Of a stretch of 64,000 bases of DNA, positions 47,675-56,942 are shown in pieces. Numbering within the stretch: the first letter of the stretch is position 1; each line of letters begins with the position of its first letter. Under the pieces are notes generated by a model, which was given only the letters and a program-made list of their open reading frames with translations, had not been told where the DNA came from and did no database searches. The translations under genes and the position numbers were made by a program. The stretch is taken from the NCBI GenBank assembly GCA_024680055.1, contig JAILCP010000054.1, positions 31,759 through 95,758 on the forward strand, written 5' to 3'. Origin of the DNA: Lachnospiraceae bacterium. GTDB lineage: Bacteria; Bacillota; Clostridia; Lachnospirales; Lachnospiraceae.

Positions 47675-48424
47675 ATGGAAGAAATTAAAGTAAAGCTGGA
47701 AGCCTTTGAGGGTCCTTTGGATCTGCTTCTGCATTTGATAGATAAGAACAAGTTTAATATTTTTGACATTCCGATTTCATCCATTACGGAGCAATATATG
47801 GCTTACCTGGAAGAAATGAAACGTCAGGATTTAAATATTATGAGTGAATTTCTTGTAATGGCCACCACCTTATTGGATATTAAAGCGAAGATGCTGTTAC
47901 CTGCTGAGGTGGATGAAGAAGGAGAGGAGATTGACCCAAGAGACGAATTGGTGGCTCAGTTGATTGAGTATAAGATGTACAAATACATTTCCTACGAGCT
48001 GAAAGATCGACAAATGGACGCTTCCAAGAATTTTTACAAGAAACCTACCCTTCCAAAAGAAGTGCTGGATTATGAACCGCCCATTGATTTAAATGAACTG
48101 GTGGGAGATATGGATTTAAAGAAGCTCAACGATATTTTTAAGTCGATGATGAAACGTCAGGTGGATCGTATCGATCCGGTACGTGCCAAATTTGGACAAA
48201 TTGAAAAAGAAGAAGTCAGTATGGAAGAAGTTCTTGATGAAATGGATATTTACTGCAAGGAACATAAACAGTTTTCCTTCCGGGAGGTACTTGGTGAATC
48301 CAAATCCAAGATGCGAATGATTGTGGTGTTTTTAGCCATTTTGGAATTTATAAAAACCGGACGAATCAAGGTTTCACAGGAACATACCTTTGATGATATT
48401 TTAATAGAAACATGTATGGAGTAG
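47675..48424 (+). CDS. scpA: Segregation and condensation protein A (kleisin)
   Basis: FEGPLDLLLHLI, EFLVMA.TLL.IK..MLLP, FLAILE. Confidence 0.96.
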   Translation: MEEIKVKLEAFEGPLDLLLHLIDKNKFNIFDIPISSITEQYMAYLEEMKRQDLNIMSEFLVMATTLLDIKAKMLLPAEVDEEGEEIDPRDELVAQLIEYKMYKYISYELKDRQMDASKNFYKKPTLPKEVLDYEPPIDLNELVGDMDLKKLNDIFKSMMKRQVDRIDPVRAKFGQIEKEEVSMEEVLDEMDIYCKEHKQFSFREVLGESKSKMRMIVVFLAILEFIKTGRIKVSQEHTFDDILIETCME

Positions 48425-48427
48425 TAT

Positions 48428-49003
48428 ATGAATAAAGAACAGGCAAAAGCGGCCATAGAGGCAATTTTATTTTCCTTTGGAGATTCGGTGGAATTAAATA
48501 AAATTGCAAGTGCCATTGAAACAGACAACGATACGGCAGTATCTTATATAGAAGAATTAATGGAAGAATATGAGGAGGATAACCGGGGACTTAAGATCAT
48601 TGAACTGGACAATTCCTATCAAATGTGTTCCAAAACCGAATATTATGATGTGTTAATTAAGGTAAAAGAGCAGCCACGAAAATATGTTTTAACCGATGTG
48701 CTTTTGGAAACCCTTTCCATTATTGCATATAAACAACCGATTACCAGGGTGGAAATAGAAAAAATCAGAGGCGTGTCCTGCGGTCATGCAGTGAATCGTC
48801 TTGTGGAATATAATTTGGTTCAGGAACTGGGAAGACTGGATGCACCGGGAAGACCATTGCTTTTTGGAACCACCGAAGAATTCCTTCGCTCCTTTGGGGT
48901 GAACTCAGTGGATGAGCTTCCATCTTTAAAAGCAGAACAGATGGAAGAATTTAAGGCTCAGGCAGAAGAAGAAATGAATGCCATGGAAACAGTAGAAGTA
49001 TAA
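48428..49003 (+). CDS. scpB: SMC-Scp complex subunit ScpB
   Basis: IEAILF, LETL.IIAYKQPITR.EIE.IRGV, GRP.LFGTT..FL..FG. Confidence 0.97.
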   Translation: MNKEQAKAAIEAILFSFGDSVELNKIASAIETDNDTAVSYIEELMEEYEEDNRGLKIIELDNSYQMCSKTEYYDVLIKVKEQPRKYVLTDVLLETLSIIAYKQPITRVEIEKIRGVSCGHAVNRLVEYNLVQELGRLDAPGRPLLFGTTEEFLRSFGVNSVDELPSLKAEQMEEFKAQAEEEMNAMETVEV

Positions 49004-49006
49004 TAC

Positions 49007-49049
49007 AAACTCTTTGCAGGTTTTAAAGTGTCCTGTAAAGAGTTTTTTT
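49007..49049 (+). terminator. Terminator after scpB
   Basis: AAACTCTTTGCAGG...CCTGTAAAGAGTTT then TTTT. Confidence 0.85.
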
Positions 49050-49254
49050 ATTAGCGAAATTTGTATTTTTATTCAAATTGGCTAAAATATAACAAAGTTT
49101 AAAGACAGAATTTAAATCTTTATAAGCATAAAAATAACGATATGAAAACTTGGTGAATAAAGGAAAAACAACCAATTTTTTCCATGGGTGAATGAGAATC
49201 CTATTTCCTTAACGGTAGATTGAATAAAAGTGAATATTTTATCTGATTTTACTG

Positions 49255-49283
49255 TTGAAAAAAGCTTTTTTATATCATAAAAT
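49255..49283 (+). promoter_or_regulatory. Putative SigA promoter for the decarboxylase cluster
   Basis: TTGAAA-17 nt-TAAAAT; a perfect AAAAAAGCTTTTTT palindrome (49258-49271) overlaps the -35 and the spacer. Confidence 0.5.
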
Positions 49284-49314
49284 AAAATGAGGAAGATAGG
49301 AGGTAAAAAAGCTC

Positions 49315-50718
49315 ATGAATGAAATTCAAAATAACGTTGCGCGAAACAGAATCCTTAATTTCGTAGACGAAGGTAGTTTTGTGGAACTGTTTGAAGCGGT
49401 TACATGCAGAAAAACTGATTTGAGTTTGAAAGATTATCAGGATCCATCCGATGGAGTCGTTACCGGATATGGCCTGGTTTCCGGAAGACTGGTTTATTTC
49501 TACAGCCAGAATCCGGACGTACTTCACGGCTCACTTGGTGAAATGCATTGTAAGAAAATTGTTGAAGTATATGCTCAGGCCGTGAAAGTAGGCGCGCCGG
49601 TTGTGGCATTGCTTGACAGTGCAGGCATGCGTCTTCAGGAAGGCGTGGATGCATTAACAGGACTTGGAGAAGTAATTAGTGCAGTGAATGAAGCAAGCGG
49701 ATTGATTCCACTTTATTCTGTGGTTTACGGAAATTGTGGTGGAGGATTAAGTCTTGTTCCTGCGCTCAGTGATTTTTCCTACGTAGTGAAGGGAAAGGGA
49801 AAGTTGTTTGTCAACTCACCAAACGTCATTGATAACAATTATCAGGAGAAGCTTGATACAGCAGATGGAGAATTCCGTGAATTATACACCGGAACTGTTG
49901 ATGAAAGCGCTGACGAAGGTGAAATTATCGGCAAGATTCACAGATTATTGGAAATTCTTCCTGCTAATAATACCGAAGGAATCGTTGCGGATGATTGTAA
50001 AGATGATTTAAATCGAATGATTGAAGGTTTTGCTTCATCCAATTATGAATCTCAGGCGTTCATCAGTAACATTTCTGATTGTTTTGAATTTATTGAAACC
50101 AAGAAGGCCTATGCCACCGAAATGGTTACCGGTTTTATTAAATTAAACGGTATGACCACCGGTGTGGTTGCCAATAACCAGGAACAGTCCCGATTGACCG
50201 TAGAGGCATTAACAAAGGGAACCGATTTTGTTCGTTTCTGTGACGGATATGATATTCCGTTATTGTTTATTGCCGATGCAGCCGGATTTGATACCACAGT
50301 TGTGGCAGAGAAATCCATTGGACGTGCCATGGCAAGTTTTGTATCTGCCATTTGCGACGCAGATGTTCCTAAGATTACTTTGATTCCTCGTAAAGCCTAT
50401 GGCTCTGCCGGCTTATTAATGAACTCCAAGGCTCTTGGAGCTGATTTGGTATATGCCTGGGCAGATGCACAGATGGGTATTTTACCTGCCAAAGAAGCAG
50501 TTTCCATTCTTTATCCGGATGTGAAAGAGGTTTCCAAACTGAATGAAGAAAAAGCGAAATACGAAGCAAGTCATAACAATACCGGTGCCTTTGCAAAACG
50601 TGCACAGCTTGACCGTATCATTGAACCGGGCAGCACAAGAAAGTATTTAATTTCAGCATTTGACTTGTTATATACAAAGTATTGTTACGTTCAGGATAAG
50701 AAGCATAGCTTAAGATAA
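49315..50718 (+). CDS. Divergent acyl-CoA carboxyltransferase (MmdA/PccB/12S-like)
   Basis: DGVVTGYG...GRLVY, GSLGEMH..KI, GAPVV, RLQEG, RFCD...IPL, VPKIT...RKAYG, GADLVYAW, IIEP..TR. Confidence 0.85.
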   Translation: MNEIQNNVARNRILNFVDEGSFVELFEAVTCRKTDLSLKDYQDPSDGVVTGYGLVSGRLVYFYSQNPDVLHGSLGEMHCKKIVEVYAQAVKVGAPVVALLDSAGMRLQEGVDALTGLGEVISAVNEASGLIPLYSVVYGNCGGGLSLVPALSDFSYVVKGKGKLFVNSPNVIDNNYQEKLDTADGEFRELYTGTVDESADEGEIIGKIHRLLEILPANNTEGIVADDCKDDLNRMIEGFASSNYESQAFISNISDCFEFIETKKAYATEMVTGFIKLNGMTTGVVANNQEQSRLTVEALTKGTDFVRFCDGYDIPLLFIADAAGFDTTVVAEKSIGRAMASFVSAICDADVPKITLIPRKAYGSAGLLMNSKALGADLVYAWADAQMGILPAKEAVSILYPDVKEVSKLNEEKAKYEASHNNTGAFAKRAQLDRIIEPGSTRKYLISAFDLLYTKYCYVQDKKHSLR

Positions 50719-50729
50719 GGGGTGAGAAG

Positions 50730-51020
50730 ATGGTTCAACAGGCTTTATTAAATGTTTTAATGGGTATGGGATCTGTTTTTGCCGTACTTATTATTATCTG
50801 TCTTATTATTTATGCTTTTAACATCTTCCCTTATTTGGAGGAAAAGAAAAAAGCAAGCCAAAGCAAACCACAAGAAAGCGCTACGGCGCCAACGCCAACG
50901 GTTAGCGCTACGGAAAGCACCGATGATGCAGCTTTGGTTGCAGCCATTACCGCGGCAATTTCTGCTTATACAGGGATGAGTGATGATGGTTTTATTGTAA
51001 GAAGTATTGTTCGTAGATAG
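50730..51020 (+). CDS. oadG: OadG/MmdD-family membrane anchor subunit of Na+-pumping decarboxylase
   Basis: GMGSVFAVL TM, A/P/T linker, LVAAITAAI.AY, FIVRSI C-terminus. Confidence 0.88.
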   Translation: MVQQALLNVLMGMGSVFAVLIIICLIIYAFNIFPYLEEKKKASQSKPQESATAPTPTVSATESTDDAALVAAITAAISAYTGMSDDGFIVRSIVRR

Positions 51021-51035
51021 AAAGGAATAGATGAG

Positions 51036-51407
51036 ATGAAAAGCTATACTGTAACAGTAAACGGAGTTGCATATGATGTAACTGTGGAAGAAAACAATGG
51101 TTTAGCAGGTATGCCGGTTGTTCCGGTCACTAGAATTCCTGCAGCAGCACCGGCAGCCCCTGCAAAAGCACCGGCAGGTGGCGGAGCAAAGGGAAGCAAG
51201 GCAGTAGAAGCCGGAGCAGCCGGAAAAGTATTGAAAGTTGACGTTAAAGTTGGAGATAATGTACAGTCCGGACAGACTGTAGCAGTTCTTGAAGTTATGA
51301 AAATGGAAACACCGATTGTTTCCAGCGAGAACGGAACAGTTGTGTCAATTGAAGTTAAAGAAGGTGACACTGTAGAAGCAGGAGCACCACTTGTAACATT
51401 AAATTAA
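51036..51407 (+). CDS. Stand-alone biotin carboxyl carrier protein (MmdC/1.3S-like)
   Basis: MKSYTVTVNG..YDV.VEE, AP-rich linker, LEVMKME biotinylation motif. Confidence 0.92.
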   Translation: MKSYTVTVNGVAYDVTVEENNGLAGMPVVPVTRIPAAAPAAPAKAPAGGGAKGSKAVEAGAAGKVLKVDVKVGDNVQSGQTVAVLEVMKMETPIVSSENGTVVSIEVKEGDTVEAGAPLVTLN

Positions 51408-51420
51408 TAGGAGGCGGACA

Positions 51421-52569
51421 ATGAACTATGTATCAGAGACTCTATATAATCTGTTACACCAGACCGCATTCTTCACATTATCCTGGAAAAACGGAGTAAT
51501 GATTTTAATTGCATGTGTGTTGTTATTCCTTGCAATTAAAAAAGGCTTTGAACCGTTACTTTTGGTGCCGATTGCATTTGGTATGTTATTGGTTAACCTG
51601 TTTCCGGACATTATGTTAGATTTTGGAGATTCGGAAAACGGTGTAGGCGGATTATTTAGATATTTTTACATCTTAGATGAGTGGTCTATTTTACCGTCAC
51701 TTATTTTCCTTGGTGTTGGTGCATCCACGGACTTTGGACCGTTGATTGCCAATCCAAAATGTTTTTTACTTGGAGCGAGTGCTCAATTTGGTGTATTTGG
51801 TGCTTATCTTGTGGCCATTGCACTTGGATTCAACGATAAAGCAGCTGCGGCTATTTCCATTATCGGAGGAGCCGACGGACCAACCTCAATTTTCCTTGCA
51901 AGTAAGTTAGGACAGTCTCAGTTGATGGGACCGATTGCGGTTGCTGCATATTCATATATGGCCCTGGTTCCAATGATTCAGCCTCCGATTATGAAGGCAC
52001 TTACAACACATGAAGAACGAGCAATTAAGATGAAACAGTTGCGTAAAGTTTCCAAACTTGAAAAAGTGCTGTTCCCAATTGTTGTTACCATTGTAGTTGT
52101 ACTTATGATTCCACAGACAGCTCCACTTCTTGGTATGCTGATGCTTGGAAACCTCTTTAGAGAGTCCGGTGTTGTAAAACAGTTAACTGAAACAGCATCC
52201 AACGCTCTTATGTACATAGTTGTAATTTTACTTGGTGTATCTGTTGGTGGTACAACAAGTGCAGAGAACTTCCTGAAATTAGATACCTTGTTAATCGTGG
52301 TACTTGGTCTTATTGCCTTTGCATTTGGTACTGCAGCAGGTGTTATTTTCGGAAAGATTATGTGCAAAGTTACTCATGGCAGCATTAACCCGTTGATTGG
52401 AGCAGCAGGCGTTTCTGCAGTTCCTATGTCAGCCCGTGTGGCACAAAAGGTCGGTGCAGAAGAAGATCCTACCAACTTCCTTCTTATGCATGCAATGGGA
52501 CCGAACGTTGCCGGAGTTATCGGTACTGCTGTAGCAGCAGGTGTATTCATGGCCATCTTTGGCATTTAA
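51421..52569 (+). CDS. oadB: Na+-translocating decarboxylase beta subunit
   Basis: FEPLLL.PIAFG, IIGGADGPT.IF, AVAAYSYMALVP.IQPP, NPLIGAAGVSAVPMSARV, HAMGPNVAGVIG. Confidence 0.96.
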   Translation: MNYVSETLYNLLHQTAFFTLSWKNGVMILIACVLLFLAIKKGFEPLLLVPIAFGMLLVNLFPDIMLDFGDSENGVGGLFRYFYILDEWSILPSLIFLGVGASTDFGPLIANPKCFLLGASAQFGVFGAYLVAIALGFNDKAAAAISIIGGADGPTSIFLASKLGQSQLMGPIAVAAYSYMALVPMIQPPIMKALTTHEERAIKMKQLRKVSKLEKVLFPIVVTIVVVLMIPQTAPLLGMLMLGNLFRESGVVKQLTETASNALMYIVVILLGVSVGGTTSAENFLKLDTLLIVVLGLIAFAFGTAAGVIFGKIMCKVTHGSINPLIGAAGVSAVPMSARVAQKVGAEEDPTNFLLMHAMGPNVAGVIGTAVAAGVFMAIFGI

Positions 52570-52586
52570 AGGGAGGATAAAGTACA

Positions 52587-53999
52587 ATGGCAGAAATTAC
52601 AAAAAAGAAAGTAGGCATTACCGAAACCGTTCTTCGAGATGCACATCAGTCTTTGATTGCAACTCGTATGACAACGGAGGAAATGCTTCCAATCATTGAT
52701 AAAATGGATAAAGTAGGTTATCACTCTGTAGAATGCTGGGGTGGTGCTACCTTCGATTCCTGTTTACGTTTCTTAAAAGAAGACCCATGGGAGCGTCTTC
52801 GTAAATTAAGAGCAGGATTTAAAAATACAAAGCTTCAGATGCTTTTCCGTGGACAAAATATTTTAGGCTATCGTCATTATGCAGACGACGTGGTAGAGTA
52901 TTTTGTACAGAAATCCATTGCAAACGGTATTGATATCATTCGTATTTTTGACTGCTTAAACGATATTCGAAATCTTGAAACTGCGGTAAAAGCAGCCAAC
53001 AAGGAAAAGGGTGAAGCTCAGATTGCTTTATCCTACACCCTTGGCGATGCATATACCCTGGATTATTGGAAAGATGTTGCAAAACGTATCGAAGATATGG
53101 GAGCCAATTCTCTTTGTATCAAAGATATGTCAGGACTTCTTGTTCCATATGCAGCTCAGGAGCTGGTTCAGACGTTAAAAGAAACTGTTAACATTCCAAT
53201 TCAGTTACATACACACTATACTTCCGGTGTTGCAAGTATGACCTATTTAAAGGCCATTGAATCCGGATGTGATGTAATTGATACCGCCATTTCACCAATG
53301 GCTCTTGGAACCAGTCAGCCGGCTACCGAAGTTATGGTTGAAACCTTAAAGGGAACACCATACGATACCGGATTGGATCAGAATCTTCTTGCAGAAATTG
53401 CAGAATATTTCAGACCGTTACGTGAGAAATATATTGAATCAGGCCGTTTAAGTACCAAGGTACTTGGTGTTAACATTAACACATTGCGTTATCAGGTTCC
53501 GGGAGGAATGCTTTCCAACATGATTTCCCAGTTAAAGGAGCAGGGCGCAGAAGATAAATATGAGGAAGTTTTACAGGAGATTCCAAGAGTACGAAAAGAC
53601 CTTGGTGAGCCACCTCTTGTAACTCCTAGTAGCCAGATTGTGGGTACTCAGGCAGTGTTTAATATTCTTGGCGGTGAGCGATATAAATTAATCACCAAAG
53701 AAACCAAGGCTATTTTACGTGGAGAGTATGGTCAGACGGTAAAACCGTTTAATCCTGAACTTGTAAAGAAAGCTCTTGGAGATGAAAAACAGATTACCTG
53801 CAGACCTGCAGACTTAATCGACAATGAGCTTGATACACTTCGAAAAGAGTGCGAACAGTACATTCGTCAGGATGAAGATGTTTTATCCTATGCATTGTTC
53901 CCACAGGTTGCAACGGAATTCTTTAAATATCGCGATGCTCAAGAAAGCAAAGTGGATGAAAAGGTTTCCGACAAAGAAGTTGGAGCCTATCCAGCATAA
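52587..53999 (+). CDS. oadA: Oxaloacetate decarboxylase alpha / pyruvate carboxyltransferase (no fused biotin domain)
   Basis: ETVLRDAHQSL.ATR, WGGATFD, RGQN.LGY, KDMSG, LHTHYTSG, QVPGGMLSN, PLVTPSSQIVG. Confidence 0.93.
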   Translation: MAEITKKKVGITETVLRDAHQSLIATRMTTEEMLPIIDKMDKVGYHSVECWGGATFDSCLRFLKEDPWERLRKLRAGFKNTKLQMLFRGQNILGYRHYADDVVEYFVQKSIANGIDIIRIFDCLNDIRNLETAVKAANKEKGEAQIALSYTLGDAYTLDYWKDVAKRIEDMGANSLCIKDMSGLLVPYAAQELVQTLKETVNIPIQLHTHYTSGVASMTYLKAIESGCDVIDTAISPMALGTSQPATEVMVETLKGTPYDTGLDQNLLAEIAEYFRPLREKYIESGRLSTKVLGVNINTLRYQVPGGMLSNMISQLKEQGAEDKYEEVLQEIPRVRKDLGEPPLVTPSSQIVGTQAVFNILGGERYKLITKETKAILRGEYGQTVKPFNPELVKKALGDEKQITCRPADLIDNELDTLRKECEQYIRQDEDVLSYALFPQVATEFFKYRDAQESKVDEKVSDKEVGAYPA

Positions 54000-54010
54000 T
54001 TAAAATATTT

Positions 54011-54050
54011 AACCGGGTTATTGAGAAATCAATAATCCGGTTTTCTTTTC
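54011..54050 (+). terminator. Terminator after oadA
   Basis: AACCGGGTTATTGA-GAAA-TCAATAATCCGGTT then TTCTTTTC. Confidence 0.88.
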
Positions 54051-54112
54051 CTGTTTATTGAAAGAAAATCTATAAAATGGTATATTTATTTGATGAGGAA
54101 AGGAAGAGAATC

Positions 54113-55030
54113 ATGGCAAGAACGAACGATTTATTAAGCAGAATTAATGATAGATACAGCAAATTAAGCAAAGGACAAAAGGTGCTTGCAACTTATATTT
54201 CCGAACAATATGATGAGGCTGCTTTTTATACTGCCGCAAAGCTGGGAGAAACAGTGGGGGTAAGTGAATCCACTGTGGTTCGATTTGCCACAGCTCTTGG
54301 ATACAAAGGATTTCCGGAGTTTCAGCGGGCCATGGAAGAAATGGTTCAGGATAAATTACAATCCTCGGAGCAGGTGGAAACCATTTATGAAAATCTTCAG
54401 CAAAGTCAGATTTTAACATCCATGCTTCATTCGGATATTTCCAGATTAAAAGAAACTATGGATCTTATTGATGAAGATACTTTTGAATTGGCCTGTGACT
54501 TGATTTTGGAAGCCAAGACCGTCTATGTGGTGGGACTTCGAAATTGTCGTGGACTTGCGGATTTTTTAAGCTTTTACCTGACCCTTGTCTGCGACAGAGT
54601 GAAACAAATCACAACCAGCAGTGCCAGCGAGATTTTTGAGCAAATGGTTCGTGTGGGAAAGGATGACGTGGTAATTGGAATCAGTTTTCCAAGATATTCC
54701 ATGAGAACCTTAAAAGCATTGGAATTTGCCAATCATCGTTCAGCCAAAGTAATTACCCTGACAGACCGGGTGCACAGCCCTTTAAATCTGTATTCTTCCT
54801 GCAATTTAATCGCACCAAGTAAAACTTCGTCCATTATTGATTCTTTGGTGGCGCCTATGAGTGTTATTAACGCACTTATTATTGCCCTTTCTCAAAAAAG
54901 AAAACATAAAGTCATAAAGACCTTAGAGGATTTGGAACAGATTTGGGACGATTATCAGGTGTACGAAACAGATGAAATCGATGTTATAGATGATTCCATG
55001 AAATTAAGATATCACAGACCGGAAGGATAA
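54113..55030 (+). CDS. MurR/RpiR-family transcriptional regulator
   Basis: LG..VGVSESTVVRFA..LGY.GFPEFQ HTH; SIS domain VIGISFPRYS, ITLTD...SPL. Confidence 0.92.
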   Translation: MARTNDLLSRINDRYSKLSKGQKVLATYISEQYDEAAFYTAAKLGETVGVSESTVVRFATALGYKGFPEFQRAMEEMVQDKLQSSEQVETIYENLQQSQILTSMLHSDISRLKETMDLIDEDTFELACDLILEAKTVYVVGLRNCRGLADFLSFYLTLVCDRVKQITTSSASEIFEQMVRVGKDDVVIGISFPRYSMRTLKALEFANHRSAKVITLTDRVHSPLNLYSSCNLIAPSKTSSIIDSLVAPMSVINALIIALSQKRKHKVIKTLEDLEQIWDDYQVYETDEIDVIDDSMKLRYHRPEG

Positions 55031-55032
55031 CT

Positions 55033-56262
55033 ATGAAACAAGTAATCGTTATTGGCGGCGGAGCTGCAGGAATGATGGCCGCAGTCAGTGCCGCTCAGAA
55101 TGGAAATAAAGTAATACTTCTTGAGCAAAACGAAAAGCTGGGAAAGAAAGTATATATTACAGGAAAAGGACGTTGTAACGTAACCAACGATTGTGATGTA
55201 GAGGACTTTTTTAAAATGGTATTGCGCAATCCTAAATTTCTCTATTCTGCAATCTATGAATTTGACAATTATCAATTACAACAATTTATTATAGAGCACG
55301 GCTGTCCCTTAAAGACCGAGCGGGGTGGCAGGGTTTTTCCTGTGTCGGATCATGCTTCCGATATTATTGCAGCTTTTGAGCGAGCCTTAAAGGAACTTCA
55401 AGTGGATATTCGCCTTCATACAAAGGTACTTTCCATTATTGTGGAAAACGGTATGGCAAAGGGAGTGAAAACCGCTTCCAAGGATATTTTTGCGGATGCA
55501 GTGATTGTTTGCACCGGCGGAGTTTCCTATCCAAGTACGGGAAGTACCGGAGACGGTTACAAATTTGCAACAGCGGCAGGGCACAGCATTGTAACTCCAA
55601 GTCCAAGTCTGGTACCTTTTGAAACAAAGGAAACGGAAGTCAAAGATTTAATGGGACTGGCCCTTAAAAATGTAGAGGCCACCATTACCACGGAATCGGG
55701 CAAAAAAATCTACCGGGATTTTGGCGAAATGCTTTTTACCCACTTTGGAGTCAGCGGACCATTGATGCTTTCTGCCAGCGCCAAGGTCAATGATTATATT
55801 CAAAAAGGCCCTTTGCTTTTATCCATCAACTTAAAACCGGCGCTCACAAGAGAACAGTTGGATAAAAAGGTGCTGCGCCTTTTTGATGAAAATAAAAACA
55901 AACAATTTAAAAACGCCGTGGGATCACTATTCCCGGCAAAATTAACCCCGGTTATGATAAATAGATCCGGCATATTGCCTGATAAAATGGTGAATGAAAT
56001 CACAAAAGATGAACGGGAACATTTTGTGGATTTGATGTTCCATCTTACCTACACCTTAACTTCCCTTCGGGGCTTTAATGAGGCCATCGTTACAAAGGGT
56101 GGCATTAAGGTAAAAGAAATCAATCCATCCACCATGGAATCAAAATTGATCAAAGGACTATATTTTGCAGGTGAGGTTTTAGACCTTGATGCCTATACCG
56201 GAGGTTATAACTTACAAATTGCATGGTCTACCGGTCATTTGGCCGGAAGTCATATAGAATAG
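55033..56262 (+). CDS. HI0933/BaiN-like NAD(P)/FAD-dependent oxidoreductase
   Basis: IGGGAAGMMAA, GKKVYITGKGRCNVTN, GRVFP, SYP.TGSTGDG, LFTHFGVSGP, GEVLDLD..TGGYNLQIA. Confidence 0.93.
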   Translation: MKQVIVIGGGAAGMMAAVSAAQNGNKVILLEQNEKLGKKVYITGKGRCNVTNDCDVEDFFKMVLRNPKFLYSAIYEFDNYQLQQFIIEHGCPLKTERGGRVFPVSDHASDIIAAFERALKELQVDIRLHTKVLSIIVENGMAKGVKTASKDIFADAVIVCTGGVSYPSTGSTGDGYKFATAAGHSIVTPSPSLVPFETKETEVKDLMGLALKNVEATITTESGKKIYRDFGEMLFTHFGVSGPLMLSASAKVNDYIQKGPLLLSINLKPALTREQLDKKVLRLFDENKNKQFKNAVGSLFPAKLTPVMINRSGILPDKMVNEITKDEREHFVDLMFHLTYTLTSLRGFNEAIVTKGGIKVKEINPSTMESKLIKGLYFAGEVLDLDAYTGGYNLQIAWSTGHLAGSHIE

Positions 56263-56270
56263 GAGAGCAT

Positions 56271-56927
56271 ATGAGTATTAATGTAGCAATTGACGGACCG
56301 GCAGGTGCAGGAAAAAGCACCATCGCCAAAAAATTAGCAAAGGATCTGGATTATATTTATGTGGATACCGGTGCAATGTATCGCGCCCTGGCTTATTTTT
56401 TAATTAAAAAGGGTATGGAAAACAGCAGTGAAGAGCAGGTTTCTGAAATCATTTCACAGGCACAGGTTTCCATTCAATACGAAAACAATCAGCAACAGGT
56501 GTATTTAAACGGAGAAAATGTCACTGCGTATTTAAGAACTGAAGAAGTTGGAAATATGGCTTCCAAAACAAGTGCTTATAAAGCAGTGAGAGCCCACCTT
56601 TTGGCATTGCAGCAGGAACTTGCACAATCCAATAATGTGATTATGGATGGCAGAGACATCGGAACCTGCGTTTTACCTCATGCAGATTATAAAATTTATT
56701 TGACTGCATCTGTGGAAACAAGAGCAAAAAGACGGTTCGATGAGCTTGTGGAAAAAGGTGAAACACCGGATTATGACAAAATTGCCAAAGATATTGAAGA
56801 ACGTGATTACAGAGATATGCATCGTGAAATTGCCCCTTTGAAAAAAGCAGAGGATGCCCATCTTGTAGACAGTTCAAACCTATCCATCGAAGAGGTGGTT
56901 CAGGCAATCAAAGATATTATGAAATAA
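56271..56927 (+). CDS. cmk: Cytidylate kinase
   Basis: AIDGPAGAGKST, YVDTGAMYR, MDGRDIGT, RD..D..R. Confidence 0.97.
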   Translation: MSINVAIDGPAGAGKSTIAKKLAKDLDYIYVDTGAMYRALAYFLIKKGMENSSEEQVSEIISQAQVSIQYENNQQQVYLNGENVTAYLRTEEVGNMASKTSAYKAVRAHLLALQQELAQSNNVIMDGRDIGTCVLPHADYKIYLTASVETRAKRRFDELVEKGETPDYDKIAKDIEERDYRDMHREIAPLKKAEDAHLVDSSNLSIEEVVQAIKDIMK

Positions 56928-56942
56928 CAGGAGCAAAAAACA

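Noticed and set aside
49050-49250. Riboswitch in the long scpB-decarboxylase intergenic region
   Set aside because: AT-rich with no recognisable aptamer core or GC-rich stems; a covariance-model search would be needed to exclude it fully
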